This document shows, one piece after another, positions 37,804 through 48,394 of a DNA stretch of 64,000 nucleotides; positions within the stretch are counted from its first letter, which is position 1, and each line of letters opens with the position of its first letter. The notes below the pieces were generated by a model. The model saw nothing but the letters and a program-made list of their open reading frames with translations. It had not been told where the DNA came from and searched no databases. The DNA lies in sequence record KX828711. The stretch is one strand, 5' to 3'. The position numbers and the translations under genes were made by a program. Source of the DNA: Shigella phage SH7.

Positions 37804-39087
37804 ATGGCTAAAATCAACGAACTTCTGCGCGAATCAACCACAACGAATAGCAACTCAATCGGTCGCCCAAATCTCGTTGCTTTGACTCGCGCTACCACTA
37901 AATTAATATATTCTGACATTGTAGCAACGCAAAGAACTAATCAACCTGTTGCTGCTTTTTATGGTATCAAATACCTTAACCCAGACAATGAATTTACATT
38001 TAAAACTGGTGCTACTTATGCTGGCGAAGCTGGATATGTAGACCGAGAACAAATCACAGAATTAACAGAAGAGTCTAAATTAACTCTCAATAAAGGCGAT
38101 TTATTCAAATATAATAATATCGTTTATAAAGTATTAGAAGATACACCATTTGCTACCATTGAAGAAAGCGATTTAGAATTAGCTCTTCAGATTGCAATTG
38201 TTCTTTTAAAGGTTCGTCTATTTTCTGACGCAGCGTCAACGAGCAAATTTGAAAGCTCTGATAGCGAAATTGCGGATGCTAGATTCCAGATTAATAAATG
38301 GCAAACCGCAGTTAAATCTCGTAAACTTAAAACTGGCATCACAGTTGAATTAGCACAAGATTTAGAAGCAAATGGATTCGATGCTCCTAATTTCTTGGAA
38401 GATTTGCTTGCAACTGAAATGGCAGATGAAATCAATAAAGATATTCTGCAGTCTTTGATTACAGTATCAAAACGTTATAAAGTTACAGGAATTACTGATA
38501 CTGGATTCATTGATTTGAGTTATGCATCTGCACCTGAAGCTGGTCGTTCATTATACCGAATGGTGTGTGAAATGGTTTCACATATCCAGAAAGAATCAAC
38601 TTATACAGCAACGTTCTGTGTTGCTTCAGCTCGTGCTGCTGCGATTCTTGCTGCATCAGGTTGGTTAAAACATAAACCAGAAGATGACAAATATCTTTCA
38701 CAAAATGCCTACGGGTTCTTAGCTAATGGTTTACCGCTTTATTGCGATACTAACAGCCCATTAGATTATGTAATCGTTGGTGTAGTAGAAAATATCGGTG
38801 AAAAAGAAATTGTCGGATCAATTTTCTATGCTCCGTATACAGAAGGTCTTGACTTAGATGACCCTGAACATGTAGGTGCATTTAAAGTTGTAGTTGACCC
38901 AGAAAGCTTACAACCATCTATCGGTTTATTGGTTAGATATGCTTTATCTGCAAATCCTTACACTGTAGCAAAAGATGAAAAAGAAGCAAGAATAATTGAT
39001 GGTGGAGACATGGATAAAATGGCTGGTCGTTCAGATTTGTCTGTTTTATTAGGTGTTAAGCTACCAAAAATTATTGTTGATGAATAA
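37804..39087 (+). CDS. 24: gp24 capsid vertex protein
   Basis: 427 aa, gp23 paralog position. Confidence 0.95.
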   Translation: MAKINELLRESTTTNSNSIGRPNLVALTRATTKLIYSDIVATQRTNQPVAAFYGIKYLNPDNEFTFKTGATYAGEAGYVDREQITELTEESKLTLNKGDLFKYNNIVYKVLEDTPFATIEESDLELALQIAIVLLKVRLFSDAASTSKFESSDSEIADARFQINKWQTAVKSRKLKTGITVELAQDLEANGFDAPNFLEDLLATEMADEINKDILQSLITVSKRYKVTGITDTGFIDLSYASAPEAGRSLYRMVCEMVSHIQKESTYTATFCVASARAAAILAASGWLKHKPEDDKYLSQNAYGFLANGLPLYCDTNSPLDYVIVGVVENIGEKEIVGSIFYAPYTEGLDLDDPEHVGAFKVVVDPESLQPSIGLLVRYALSANPYTVAKDEKEARIIDGGDMDKMAGRSDLSVLLGVKLPKIIVDE

Positions 39088-39115
39088 AACAAAGGGACCG
39101 AAAGGTCCCCTTTGT
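39088..39115. terminator. bidirectional terminator between gene 24 and rnlB
   Basis: AACAAAGGGACC-GAAA-GGTCCCTTTGTT hairpin flanked by A/T runs, between convergent genes. Confidence 0.7.
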
Positions 39116-39119
39116 TTAT

Positions 39120-40124
39120 TTAGCTCACCAACTCAATCCAAGCTGGACGAAGTACATCTTGTACCATTTTAACTAATTCCTTCTTAATCAAAGAAGGATT
39201 ATCCGCTTGAGTTAGAGTAATACCTTCACGAGAAGTTTCTTCCAAAATATCTTGAACAGTTAGTCCCATCACCTTTCCAAAATCTTTAGGACCAATTTCA
39301 CCAATTTTAGAAATAACGTTATTTACTCGGTTCAGTGTAACGTAACAAGCTAAAATTCCTACCAATTTGTTATCAGCTTCTGATAGTTCAACTTTAACTT
39401 TAATAGGCTTATCAGACTTTTTCTTTTCACTAAATTTGGAATTCTTGCATTTAATTGCTACACGATTGCCATTAGGCATCCAAGAAGGATAACAAGGTTT
39501 CAATACATATCCTTCAGCGGTAAATACTTCGCCTTTTGCTTCGGCATTCCAAACGCATTTATTTGCATCAACTAATCCAGCATGGTCTACTGTAAAATTA
39601 TAATCTTGGACGACAGAATCTAAATCATTTGGCAATTTAATAAGCTCTTCAAATTTACCGCGACCTAAAAGTGGAGCAATTTTAAATTTAAATGTATTGC
39701 AGAATGATTCCATCATATAATCATCGACATAAGTCACGTCACCACTTTCCATAGTAACAATAATGTCAAATACATAGAAATCTTTATCACCATAATCAAC
39801 ATTCTTCTGAATGCCAGGCCCAGCGAATTCACCAAAGACTTGATAAGATACAACTGCTGAAGTTTCCATAATATCTTGTACTGCTTTAATGGAATCATCG
39901 TAATTCTTTAGAATAATTTCATACCCAAAGAAATCTTCAGCAGGAAGAATCGGTCCAGTACGTTTAGCGCAAGTTACTTTATCACGCTCGATAATTAGTG
40001 AAAAGTTTGTGCCGTGAATCTTTTCACGAGCTACCCACTCCCCACCAGTCAATCCCAGGCTATAAAGTTTTTCAATAAATTTAGAGTTGTAATGATTTTC
40101 AAGACTGCTATACTTTTTAAACAT
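39120..40124 (-). CDS. rnlB: RNA ligase 2
   Basis: 334 aa; N-terminus [20 protein letters not shown] and ligase motif I KIHGTNF recognised as T4 Rnl2. Confidence 0.95.
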   Translation of the reverse strand: MFKKYSSLENHYNSKFIEKLYSLGLTGGEWVAREKIHGTNFSLIIERDKVTCAKRTGPILPAEDFFGYEIILKNYDDSIKAVQDIMETSAVVSYQVFGEFAGPGIQKNVDYGDKDFYVFDIIVTMESGDVTYVDDYMMESFCNTFKFKIAPLLGRGKFEELIKLPNDLDSVVQDYNFTVDHAGLVDANKCVWNAEAKGEVFTAEGYVLKPCYPSWMPNGNRVAIKCKNSKFSEKKKSDKPIKVKVELSEADNKLVGILACYVTLNRVNNVISKIGEIGPKDFGKVMGLTVQDILEETSREGITLTQADNPSLIKKELVKMVQDVLRPAWIELVS

Positions 40125-40133
40125 AATTAATCC

Positions 40134-40412
40134 TCAAAATGTAATTTCTAACCAATCACCATCACGCTGATCACTATTGACTTTAAAGCTGAATCCTTCT
40201 TTTCTCAGCCAATCACCAATTTCTTCAGTAATCAATTTATCACGAGCAATACAATAATAATTAAAATGTGTTTTACCTTGTTCAGCTGCTTTATTAGCAA
40301 GTTCCGAAAAATCTTTAATAAAACACTCTAGTTTAAACTGTTTACTTTTAAGTGCTTTTTCGCGCAATTGATTAGCAAAAGATTCATTTTCATAAAGATC
40401 ATACTGTTCCAT
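40134..40412 (-). CDS. hypothetical protein (92 aa; T4 24.2 position)
   Basis: ORF track, between rnlB and hoc. Confidence 0.6.
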   Translation of the reverse strand: MEQYDLYENESFANQLREKALKSKQFKLECFIKDFSELANKAAEQGKTHFNYYCIARDKLITEEIGDWLRKEGFSFKVNSDQRDGDWLEITF

Positions 40413-40614
40413 TTTTCACCTTTTTATTGATATGTCTTTTTCTATAGACAACTTTTTCTCGAGTTTCAAATTTATTCTTAGCAGTCATAGCTCGAGCCCA
40501 TAATACAGCCACTTCTTTTGCCTGTAAGTTTAATTCACGAGCAATTTCAATGAATGACTTTCCAGACTCATGAAGAGTAAACACCACAACCTCAGTTCTC
40601 ATAATCAATCTCAT
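40399..40614 (-). CDS. small hypothetical protein with helix-turn-helix-like segment (71 aa; T4 24.3 position)
   Basis: Segment SFIEIARELNLQAKEVAVLWARA resembles an HTH; start codon choice uncertain. Confidence 0.5.
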   Translation of the reverse strand: MRLIMRTEVVVFTLHESGKSFIEIARELNLQAKEVAVLWARAMTAKNKFETREKVVYRKRHINKKVKNGTV

Positions 40615-40682
40615 GTTATCGAGTTGATGCCATTATATACATCGTTTTCTGATTGTGTTTTGTGTGCTTTCAAAATGAAGAA

Positions 40683-40699
40683 AGGGGCCGAAGCCCCTG
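40683..40699 (-). terminator. hairpin GGGGCTTCGGCCCC after hoc
   Basis: GC stem-loop immediately 3' of hoc on the minus strand. Confidence 0.45.
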
Positions 40700-40702
40700 A
40701 GA

Positions 40703-41833
40703 TTATGGATAAGTATAGATGATACCAGTTTCTAAAGCAGTTTTATGAATGATGTATCCATTACGTGATTCTTGAACATCAACTTCTGGATAGTCTTTCA
40801 TCATTTTCTGAAGAGTGTAACGGTGCAAGTAGTACTTACTATCTGGGTCGTCAGTTTTCCAATCTTTACCTTCTTCAGTCATTTTTTGGATTTCATCCAT
40901 AACCCACCAACCGCACCAGATATAAGCTGAAGTACGATGTGGAAGAGGATGAACATAAGGCAATTCACCTTTTGGTTCCGTAGCAACTTTATCAGTTACC
41001 TGAACTTGACCTGTTGTTTTAACTGTTTTGCTATCATAGTCAGTTGCTGTAACGACAGCAGTAACTTCAATAGTTTGACTTCCAACAGATGAGGTATCAA
41101 CAGTATATACGTTAGTTGACCCTTCTACAGGAGAAGAATCTTTCTTCCATGAATAAGTAATTTGCGCTTCTTCTGGAGCATCAGTGACATTAGCAGTAAA
41201 TGTAGCCGAAGCATCTTGCTGAACATTAATAGAAGGAGGAGTCAATGTAACCTGTGGATTCATTGTCTTTTTATTAACCGTCAGTGACACTTCATTAGAA
41301 GTAACGCTCAGTGCATCATAATCTGTCGCAGTTACTTGAGCTATGCACTTGATTTTTTTAACTCCGCTTGTGTCAGGAGTGTAATTGAATGTAGCAGAAG
41401 TTGCTTCGCCCACAGGAGAACCGTCAACGTACCATTGATACGTAGCAGATGCACCTGATGGCTGCGAAGCCAAAGCAGCGGTAAATTCAATAGCTGTTCC
41501 GATTACTCCAGCGTCAGGGCTATTAGGAGTTACAGCTAAGGTGGTCGTTTGTGTCTTATTTTGAACTGTGATAGTTGTTGTCGCTTCAGCCGTTTCCGGG
41601 CCTCCTTCAGAAAGTGTATTTGTTGCAACTACTTTAATAGTCTTTTGACCGGCAGGTCCTTTTAGTACATAACTAAAAGTTGCTTCAGCTCCATCTTGTG
41701 GAGCATCATCTACAGTCCAAGCATATGTAATAGTTCCGCCTCCAGTTTCACCACTGGGTGTAGCAGTAAACTGCTGAGTCTGATCTATAACTCCAGTAGG
41801 TGTTTTAGGAGTTATATCAACTGTAAAAGTCAT
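40703..41833 (-). CDS. hoc: Hoc highly immunogenic outer capsid protein
   Basis: 376 aa with tandem Ig-like Thr/Val-rich repeats and conserved C-terminal domain; T4 position. Confidence 0.92.
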   Translation of the reverse strand: MTFTVDITPKTPTGVIDQTQQFTATPSGETGGGTITYAWTVDDAPQDGAEATFSYVLKGPAGQKTIKVVATNTLSEGGPETAEATTTITVQNKTQTTTLAVTPNSPDAGVIGTAIEFTAALASQPSGASATYQWYVDGSPVGEATSATFNYTPDTSGVKKIKCIAQVTATDYDALSVTSNEVSLTVNKKTMNPQVTLTPPSINVQQDASATFTANVTDAPEEAQITYSWKKDSSPVEGSTNVYTVDTSSVGSQTIEVTAVVTATDYDSKTVKTTGQVQVTDKVATEPKGELPYVHPLPHRTSAYIWCGWWVMDEIQKMTEEGKDWKTDDPDSKYYLHRYTLQKMMKDYPEVDVQESRNGYIIHKTALETGIIYTYP

Positions 41834-41842
41834 AAGTTATCC

Positions 41843-42523
41843 TTATTTTAATGTTACGAAAGAAGAATTGCGTGTTTCACGAATTAAAACTGATCCATCG
41901 CGATTAATGTAATAAATTAAGCTAAATAAAGTTTGGTGCGCTGACGCATGTTCAAAACTAGTTGGGTGAGATTTCCAATCCGGAGTTTCAGCAATCCATT
42001 GATAAATCCACCAAGGAACAGTACAGAATCCTGGATTTTTTCCAATCAGCTGAAGATTCGGACTAAAGTTTTCTGGAAGAGTAAATACAGACGGCTTTTC
42101 AGATTCAATAATCTCAGCTACAGCCTGTTCAAACTTTTCTTCAACAAAGGGAGTATCTTCAATCAAAACATAGGTATTTTCAGGAATTTTATCCGTTTCT
42201 ACTACTTCAATTTTAATGTCAGATTTAACTGGAGAATCAATCAGAAGTGCTGCTTCTGGATTGACTTCTTCATCGTCATATTTTAATCCCTCTGCGGCAT
42301 CAGCAGCATCAATTAAGTCTTTAATAGATAACCCATCAGTCTCTGGCATAGGTTCACTAGCGAGCTTCTGGAGGGCTTCTTCAATATCAGCAACGATATT
42401 ATCAAAAGATTTATTCTTTTTGACCTTTATACCAAACTGTTCAGCATATTCAGCTAATTTAGCTTTAGCTTCTTTGTTATCATCAAGAGCCTTCAGCTCT
42501 GCAATATAATCTTTATCTATCAT
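41843..42523 (-). CDS. inh: Inh, inhibitor of prohead protease gp21
   Basis: 226 aa, downstream of hoc and divergent from uvsW. Confidence 0.85.
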   Translation of the reverse strand: MIDKDYIAELKALDDNKEAKAKLAEYAEQFGIKVKKNKSFDNIVADIEEALQKLASEPMPETDGLSIKDLIDAADAAEGLKYDDEEVNPEAALLIDSPVKSDIKIEVVETDKIPENTYVLIEDTPFVEEKFEQAVAEIIESEKPSVFTLPENFSPNLQLIGKNPGFCTVPWWIYQWIAETPDWKSHPTSFEHASAHQTLFSLIYYINRDGSVLIRETRNSSFVTLK

Positions 42524-42536
42524 AATATTTCCTCAG

Positions 42537-42544
42537 TATAAATA
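42537..42544 (+). promoter_or_regulatory. late promoter TATAAATA for uvsW
   Basis: Exact TATAAATA about 30 nt upstream of uvsW ATG. Confidence 0.55.
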
Positions 42545-42573
42545 TAGATATATTTATTACATGGTATTTAGAC

Positions 42574-44085
42574 ATGACTGACATTAAAGTACATTTTTAT
42601 GATTTTAGTCACGTGAGAATTGATTGTGAAGAAAGTACATTTCATGAACTCCGTGATTTCTTTAGCTTTGAAGCTGATGGGTATCGTTTTAATCCGAAAT
42701 ACAAATATGGCCACTGGGATGGACGAATCCGTCTTTTAGATTATAATCGCCTTCTTCCATTCGGCTTAGTCGGGCAAATTAAAAAGTTCTGTGATAACTT
42801 TGGCTATAAAGCCTGGATTGACCCACAAATTAACGAAAAAGAAGAATTATCAAGAAAAGATTTTGATGAATGGCTTTCTAAATTAGAAATCTATTCAGGA
42901 AATAAAAGAATTGAACCACACTGGTATCAAAAAGATGCAGTGTTCGAAGGATTAGTTAATCGTCGTAGAATTCTTAATCTTCCAACATCCGCCGGTAAAT
43001 CTTTAATTCAAGCTTTGCTTGCACGTTATTATTTGGAAAATTATGAAGGTAAAATTCTTATCATTGTTCCAACAACTGCTTTAACAACTCAGATGGCTGA
43101 TGACTTCGTTGACTATCGTTTATTCAGTCATGCAATGATAAAGAAAATCGGTGGAGGAGCATCAAAAGATGATAAATATAAAAATGATGCACCAGTCGTT
43201 GTTGGTACATGGCAAACTGTAGTAAAACAACCAAAAGAATGGTTCTCACAGTTTGGAATGATGATGAATGATGAATGCCATCTTGCTACAGGAAAAAGTA
43301 TTTCATCTATCATATCAGGTTTAAATAACTGCATGTTCAAATTTGGTCTATCTGGTTCATTACGTGATGGCAAAGCCAATATCATGCAGTATGTTGGAAT
43401 GTTTGGTGAAATATTTAAGCCAGTAACGACTTCTAAGTTAATGGAAGATGGACAAGTAACTGAGCTAAAAATTAATAGTATTTTTCTTCGCTATCCCGAT
43501 GAGTTCACTACTAAATTAAAGGGAAAAACTTATCAAGAAGAAATAAAAATTATTACGGGGCTTAGTAAAAGAAATAAATGGATCGCTAAATTAGCTATTA
43601 AGCTTGCGCAAAAAGATGAAAACGCTTTTGTCATGTTTAAACATGTATCGCATGGTAAAGCTATTTTCGATTTAATTAAAAATGAATACGATAAAGTTTA
43701 TTACGTATCAGGAGAAGTTGATACCGAAACCCGCAATATAATGAAAACCTTAGCTGAAAATGGTAAAGGAATAATTATAGTAGCTAGTTATGGTGTATTT
43801 TCTACTGGTATTTCAGTTAAAAATCTGCATCACGTTGTTTTAGCGCACGGTGTTAAATCTAAAATTATTGTATTGCAAACAATCGGTCGTGTATTACGTA
43901 AGCATGGTTCTAAGACAATAGCAACAGTCTGGGACCTCATAGATGATTGTGGCGTTAAGCCAAAATCTGCTAATACGAAAAAGAAATATGTTCATTTGAA
44001 CTATCTTTTAAAACACGGCATTGATCGTATTCAGCGCTACGCAGATGAAAAATTTAATTACGTAATGAAAACAGTTAATTTATAA
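42574..44085 (+). CDS. uvsW: UvsW DNA/RNA helicase
   Basis: 503 aa; Walker A PTSAGKS and DECH box. Confidence 0.95.
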   Translation: MTDIKVHFYDFSHVRIDCEESTFHELRDFFSFEADGYRFNPKYKYGHWDGRIRLLDYNRLLPFGLVGQIKKFCDNFGYKAWIDPQINEKEELSRKDFDEWLSKLEIYSGNKRIEPHWYQKDAVFEGLVNRRRILNLPTSAGKSLIQALLARYYLENYEGKILIIVPTTALTTQMADDFVDYRLFSHAMIKKIGGGASKDDKYKNDAPVVVGTWQTVVKQPKEWFSQFGMMMNDECHLATGKSISSIISGLNNCMFKFGLSGSLRDGKANIMQYVGMFGEIFKPVTTSKLMEDGQVTELKINSIFLRYPDEFTTKLKGKTYQEEIKIITGLSKRNKWIAKLAIKLAQKDENAFVMFKHVSHGKAIFDLIKNEYDKVYYVSGEVDTETRNIMKTLAENGKGIIIVASYGVFSTGISVKNLHHVVLAHGVKSKIIVLQTIGRVLRKHGSKTIATVWDLIDDCGVKPKSANTKKKYVHLNYLLKHGIDRIQRYADEKFNYVMKTVNL

Positions 44086-44100
44086 GGGCTTCGGCCCTTT
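44085..44100 (+). terminator. hairpin AAGGGC-TTCG-GCCCTT after uvsW
   Basis: 6-bp stem with TTCG tetraloop followed by T-rich run. Confidence 0.45.
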
Positions 44101-44110
44101 GGAGAAAAAG

Positions 44111-44341
44111 ATGTTACTAGAATTTAAACAATTTCTTTATGAAGCTTCTATTGATGAATTTATGGGTAAAATTGCCTCTTGTCAAACATTAGAAGGTTTA
44201 GAAGAACTTGAAGCTTATTATAAGAAAAGAGTTAAAGAAACTGAATTAAAAGATACTGATGACATCTCTGTGAGAGATGCTTTGGCAGGAAAAAGAGCTG
44301 AATTAGAAGATTCAGACGATGAAGTAGAAGAAAGCTTTTAA
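44111..44341 (+). CDS. uvsW.1: UvsW.1-like small protein (76 aa from ATG)
   Basis: ORF-track frame starts at TTG 44099; ATG at 44111 has GGAG RBS and gives the T4 UvsW.1 length. Confidence 0.75.
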   Translation: MLLEFKQFLYEASIDEFMGKIASCQTLEGLEELEAYYKKRVKETELKDTDDISVRDALAGKRAELEDSDDEVEESF

Positions 44342-44396
44342 ATTAAAAAAGGCCCAACCAAAAAGGAAGGGCCAAAACTATAGACTAAAGGTCACA

Positions 44397-44564
44397 CTAT
44401 AGCAAAAGTTGTGTTTCATTTAATTGTTCTTCCGAACTTTCTGAAACTGGTAGTTCTTTAATGTAATTATAGCAAGGCCCAGGATGTACAGGACCTTTGT
44501 CTGTTTCAACAACCAATGCAGAATCGATTGGAGTTTTACAGACAACACAAATCTTATCTGACAT
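44397..44564 (-). CDS. small Cys-containing protein (55 aa; T4 uvsY.-2 position)
   Basis: Hand-translated MSDKICVVCKTPIDS...HPGPCYNY; GAGGAG RBS; TATAAATA upstream; below ORF-track cutoff. Confidence 0.45.
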   Translation of the reverse strand: MSDKICVVCKTPIDSALVVETDKGPVHPGPCYNYIKELPVSESSEEQLNETQLLL

Positions 44565-44589
44565 GATTGTCTCCTCTGAATTATATATC

Positions 44590-44597
44590 TATTTATA
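44590..44597 (-). promoter_or_regulatory. late promoter TATAAATA for the small ORF 44397..44564
   Basis: Exact TATAAATA on minus strand. Confidence 0.5.
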
Positions 44598-44687
44598 ACC
44601 CCATCTTAAAACGCATTTCTTGTACACGCTTTAAACATGCTTCCATTTCTGCTAAAAGTCTAAATACTTCTTTATAATTTGTCATAT

Positions 44688-44915
44688 TTACCCCATATCT
44701 CTCATATGCATATCAATGCCCATATCTTTAGAATAAAAATATTCATCAAGATATCCGGCAAATTTTCCTTTAATATAAAGGACATCTTCACCACATGGGT
44801 GATCGGCCAGGATACGAATATCCTGACGCTTAAGATTATGCTTTTTCATTAAGAATTGAATTTCCGTTTCAAATTCTTCTTCATAATTAAAAGCATCATC
44901 AATGCTATATCTCAT
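44688..44915 (-). CDS. hypothetical protein (75 aa; T4 uvsY.-1 position)
   Basis: ORF track; directly downstream of uvsY with overlapping stop/start. Confidence 0.7.
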   Translation of the reverse strand: MRYSIDDAFNYEEEFETEIQFLMKKHNLKRQDIRILADHPCGEDVLYIKGKFAGYLDEYFYSKDMGIDMHMRDMG

Positions 44916-45328
44916 TATTTTCCAGCCTCAAATGCTCGCATGTCTTGAATATGCTTAATAGCAAATCCGCGTGATTTGATAGCATCAAGAGCTCCGCTAC
45001 AGAAATCCAATAAAATTCCCCAATATTGTAATGAAGTATCAACTTTTAAAACATCCTTATCAGCTGATAGAACTGTCTTCATTTCTGATTTCTCATAGCG
45101 GTCCATACTAAATTCATCACCATCTCCTCGTCCCGAGTAGTAGTCTAATTTAGCTTTAAGAGCAACTTTTTTCTGTGCATCAATTCTAAGCATTTCCTTT
45201 TTAATACTTGAATGCTTATTAAGCCATTTACTATATAACATCACATTATTAGCTGCTTCATACTGTAATTTAGTCGAATCTATAAACACATCTTTCTTCA
45301 ATTCTTCTTGAAGATCTTCTAATCTCAT
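44915..45328 (-). CDS. uvsY: UvsY recombination mediator protein
   Basis: 137 aa, between gene 25 and uvsW as in T4. Confidence 0.92.
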   Translation of the reverse strand: MRLEDLQEELKKDVFIDSTKLQYEAANNVMLYSKWLNKHSSIKKEMLRIDAQKKVALKAKLDYYSGRGDGDEFSMDRYEKSEMKTVLSADKDVLKVDTSLQYWGILLDFCSGALDAIKSRGFAIKHIQDMRAFEAGK

Positions 45329-45368
45329 ATTGTTCTCTATTCAATTGTTATTGGATGGACTTAGATTC

Positions 45369-45396
45369 ATTATACCACGTTTATACGTGAAGCATT
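45369..45396 (-). promoter_or_regulatory. MotA-dependent middle promoter-like element for uvsY
   Basis: Minus strand AATGCTTCA then 13 nt then TATAAT. Confidence 0.55.
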
Positions 45397-45793
45397 ATAC
45401 TCTATTACTGGAAGCCAGCTGCAGTTTTATCTGCTCAATATCATCAGGATTATCGATGACCGAAAAGCGTATTTCTACTATCAGAGTATAATCATCATAA
45501 ACTGGTATCACATTAACTGATAATTTATCAATACGTGGCTCATAGTTTCTTACTGCGCTTTCGATATTGCGCTCAACTGTGTCAGCAGTAAGAGGAGTCA
45601 TATTTTCAAAAAGTTGGTCTGATAAATCACATCCAAATTCAGGGTCAAACGGTCTTGAACCTTTTCTTGTTGTAATAATTCCCAAAAGGCTATTTTTAAT
45701 TGACCTTAATCCAAGGGATCTAGAAACGTCTTTGTCCCAATCCATTTTCATTTCTGGGTCGATGTCAGAATAAAGCTTATTAATATTTGCCAT
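45395..45793 (-). CDS. 25: gp25 baseplate wedge protein
   Basis: 132 aa, T4 order. Confidence 0.92.
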   Translation of the reverse strand: MANINKLYSDIDPEMKMDWDKDVSRSLGLRSIKNSLLGIITTRKGSRPFDPEFGCDLSDQLFENMTPLTADTVERNIESAVRNYEPRIDKLSVNVIPVYDDYTLIVEIRFSVIDNPDDIEQIKLQLASSNRV

Positions 45794-46419
45794 TATAGTA
45801 ACTCAAAGAACTCTTTGAGGCCTCTTATTACATGAGCATGGGTTTTTCCACACTCTGGACATTTAATTGGAACAGCCAAATAAACGGTAGGCTTTAAAAG
45901 CATATCTTTTATAGCCACAATATCTGACTCTGTGATGATAGAATATAAATCTTCTAGTTCCTTTTCATTTAAGTCTTCAACTGGAATGCTTTCCCCGTTA
46001 GCATGAATCGTTTCTATGCATGATACTATCATGTGGGCTATATTTTTATCATCAAAAATTTTAGGGTATCGGAATTTAATTTTAATGTCACCCAGTGTAT
46101 ACCAGAGGTCTTCTGGTGCATCTATTTGTGTATGTAATAGATTTATATGGGTCGGTATTTCAGTTCCACAGGTGCACTTCCAGGAGTTTTCGTGATTAAC
46201 TTCGCCGAGAGAATGTGCCCATAAATGAATCAACAATAGTTCTGATTCTTGGCGGTTTAAATCTTTTGCATTTGTGCAGTCTTTGATTAGCTTTTTAACA
46301 ATTACTTCTACAGAACCATTATTTTTGGCAGTAATAAGTTCTAGATATTCTTTAAGCGTGAATGCGCGACAATTGATTATTTTAGAACCAACTCTCACAT
46401 CAAATTTGTATTCATACAT
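45793..46419 (-). CDS. 26: gp26 baseplate hub protein
   Basis: 208 aa, divergent from gene 51. Confidence 0.9.
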   Translation of the reverse strand: MYEYKFDVRVGSKIINCRAFTLKEYLELITAKNNGSVEVIVKKLIKDCTNAKDLNRQESELLLIHLWAHSLGEVNHENSWKCTCGTEIPTHINLLHTQIDAPEDLWYTLGDIKIKFRYPKIFDDKNIAHMIVSCIETIHANGESIPVEDLNEKELEDLYSIITESDIVAIKDMLLKPTVYLAVPIKCPECGKTHAHVIRGLKEFFELL

Positions 46420-46440
46420 ATTTAGCTCCTTTATTTATCA

Positions 46441-46448
46441 TATTTATA
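46441..46448 (-). promoter_or_regulatory. late promoter TATAAATA for gene 26
   Basis: Exact TATAAATA on minus strand, interleaved with the gene 51 promoter. Confidence 0.55.
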
Positions 46449-46452
46449 AATA
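46445..46452 (+). promoter_or_regulatory. late promoter TATAAATA for gene 51
   Basis: Exact TATAAATA about 18 nt upstream of gene 51 ATG. Confidence 0.55.
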
Positions 46453-46469
46453 GAATAAAAGGAGCATCT

Positions 46470-47219
46470 ATGGCAAACATTATTCGTTGTAAATTACCAG
46501 ATGGTGTTCATCGTTTTAAACCATTTACGGTAGAAGATTATCGAGATTTTTTGTTAGTTCGAAACGATATAGAACATCGGTCACCACAAGAACAAAAAGA
46601 AGTAATTGCTGATTTAATTGCTGATTATTTTGGAGACTATCCAAAGACTTGGCAACCATTTATATTTTTGCAGGTATTTGTAGGGTCAATAGGTAAAACT
46701 AAAGTACCAGTCACATTTGTATGTCCAAAATGTAAAAAAGAAAAGACAGTTCCATTTGAAATATACCAAAAAGAATTAAAGGAGCCTGTTTTTGATGTAG
46801 CTAATGTTAAAATTAAATTAAAGTTTCCTTCTGAGTTTTATGAAAATAAAGCAAAGATGATTACTGAAAATATTCATTCTGTTCAAGTAGATGAAATATG
46901 GTATGATTGGAAGGAAATTAGTGAATCAAGCCAAATAGAACTTGTTGATGCCATCGAGATAGAAACATTAGAAAAAATTCTCGATGCAATGAATCCTATT
47001 AATTTAACATTGCATATGTCCTGCTGTGATAAGTATGTAAAAAAATACACTGATATAGTAGATGTGTTTAAGCTATTAGTTAACCCAGATGAGATATTTA
47101 CTTTTTATCAAATTAATCACACACTCGTAAAAAGTAATTATAGCTTAAATTCAATAATGAAAATGATTCCTGCCGAGCGCGGATTCGTATTAAAACTGAT
47201 TGAGAAGGATAAACAATAA
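46470..47219 (+). CDS. 51: gp51 baseplate hub assembly catalyst
   Basis: 249 aa, T4 order. Confidence 0.9.
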   Translation: MANIIRCKLPDGVHRFKPFTVEDYRDFLLVRNDIEHRSPQEQKEVIADLIADYFGDYPKTWQPFIFLQVFVGSIGKTKVPVTFVCPKCKKEKTVPFEIYQKELKEPVFDVANVKIKLKFPSEFYENKAKMITENIHSVQVDEIWYDWKEISESSQIELVDAIEIETLEKILDAMNPINLTLHMSCCDKYVKKYTDIVDVFKLLVNPDEIFTFYQINHTLVKSNYSLNSIMKMIPAERGFVLKLIEKDKQ

Positions 47220-48394
47220 TGAGTATGTTGCAACGCCCCGGATATCCAAATCTCAGCGTTAAATTATTTGATAGCTACGACGCTTGGAGTAATAATAGAT
47301 TTGTTGAATTAGCTGCTACTATTACCACATTAACTATGCGTGACTCTCTTTATGGTCGAAATGAAGGAATGCTACAATTTTATGATTCTAAAAACATTCA
47401 TACAAAAATGGATGGAAATGAAATAATTCAGATTTCTGTAGCTAATGCAAATGATATTAATAATGTTAAAACACGAATTTATGGATGTAAGCATTTTTCC
47501 GTGTCAGTAGATTCAAAAGGTGATAACATCATTGCTATTGAATTGGGAACTATTCATTCTATAGAAAATCTTAAATTTGGTAGACCGTTTTTCCCTGATG
47601 CAGGTGAATCTATAAAAGAAATGCTTGGTGTCATTTATCAGGATCGCACATTATTAACTCCAGCAATAAATGCTATAAATGCTTATGTTCCTGATATTCC
47701 ATGGACTAGCACATTTGAAAACTATTTGTCCTATGTAAGAGAAGTTGCTCTAGCTGTAGGAAGTGACAAATTTGTATTTGTATGGCAAGACATCATGGGA
47801 GTTAACATGATGGACTATGATATGATGATAAATCAAGAACCATATCCAATGATTGTCGGCGAGCCATCTTTAATAGGTCAATTCATCCAAGAATTAAAAT
47901 ACCCATTAGCATATGATTTCGTTTGGTTGACTAAATCGAATCCTCACAAACGTGACCCAATGAAAAATGCTACTATCTATGCGCATTCATTTTTAGATTC
48001 TTCATTGCCAATGATTACTACAGGAAAGGGTGAAAACTCTATTGTAGTGTCAAGGTCAGGTGCTTATTCTGAAATGACTTATAGGAATGGATATGAAGAA
48101 GCTATTCGTCTTCAAACTATGGCGCAATATGATGGCTATGCTAAATGTTCTACTGTCGGTAATTTTAACTTGACTCCTGGTGTTAAAATTATTTTTAATG
48201 ATAGTAAAAACCAATTTAAAACAGAATTTTACGTTGATGAAGTTATCCATGAATTATCCAATAATAATTCAATAACTCATCTATATATGTTCACTAATGC
48301 AACGAAACTGGAAACAATAGACCCAGTTAAGGTTAAAAATGAATTTAAATCTGATACTACCACTGAAGAAAGTAGTTCTTCCAATAAGCAATAA
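47219..48394 (+). CDS. 27: gp27 baseplate hub protein
   Basis: 391 aa, T4 order. Confidence 0.95.
   Translation: MSMLQRPGYPNLSVKLFDSYDAWSNNRFVELAATITTLTMRDSLYGRNEGMLQFYDSKNIHTKMDGNEIIQISVANANDINNVKTRIYGCKHFSVSVDSKGDNIIAIELGTIHSIENLKFGRPFFPDAGESIKEMLGVIYQDRTLLTPAINAINAYVPDIPWTSTFENYLSYVREVALAVGSDKFVFVWQDIMGVNMMDYDMMINQEPYPMIVGEPSLIGQFIQELKYPLAYDFVWLTKSNPHKRDPMKNATIYAHSFLDSSLPMITTGKGENSIVVSRSGAYSEMTYRNGYEEAIRLQTMAQYDGYAKCSTVGNFNLTPGVKIIFNDSKNQFKTEFYVDEVIHELSNNNSITHLYMFTNATKLETIDPVKVKNEFKSDTTTEESSSSNKQ

Noticed and set aside
44565-44687. Possible 31-aa minus-strand ORF (MTNYKEVFRLLAEMEACLKRVQEMRFKMGL) between the 75-aa and 55-aa small ORFs near uvsY
   Set aside because: Very short, weak RBS, and its stop overlaps the late promoter for the next gene; not reported as a feature.
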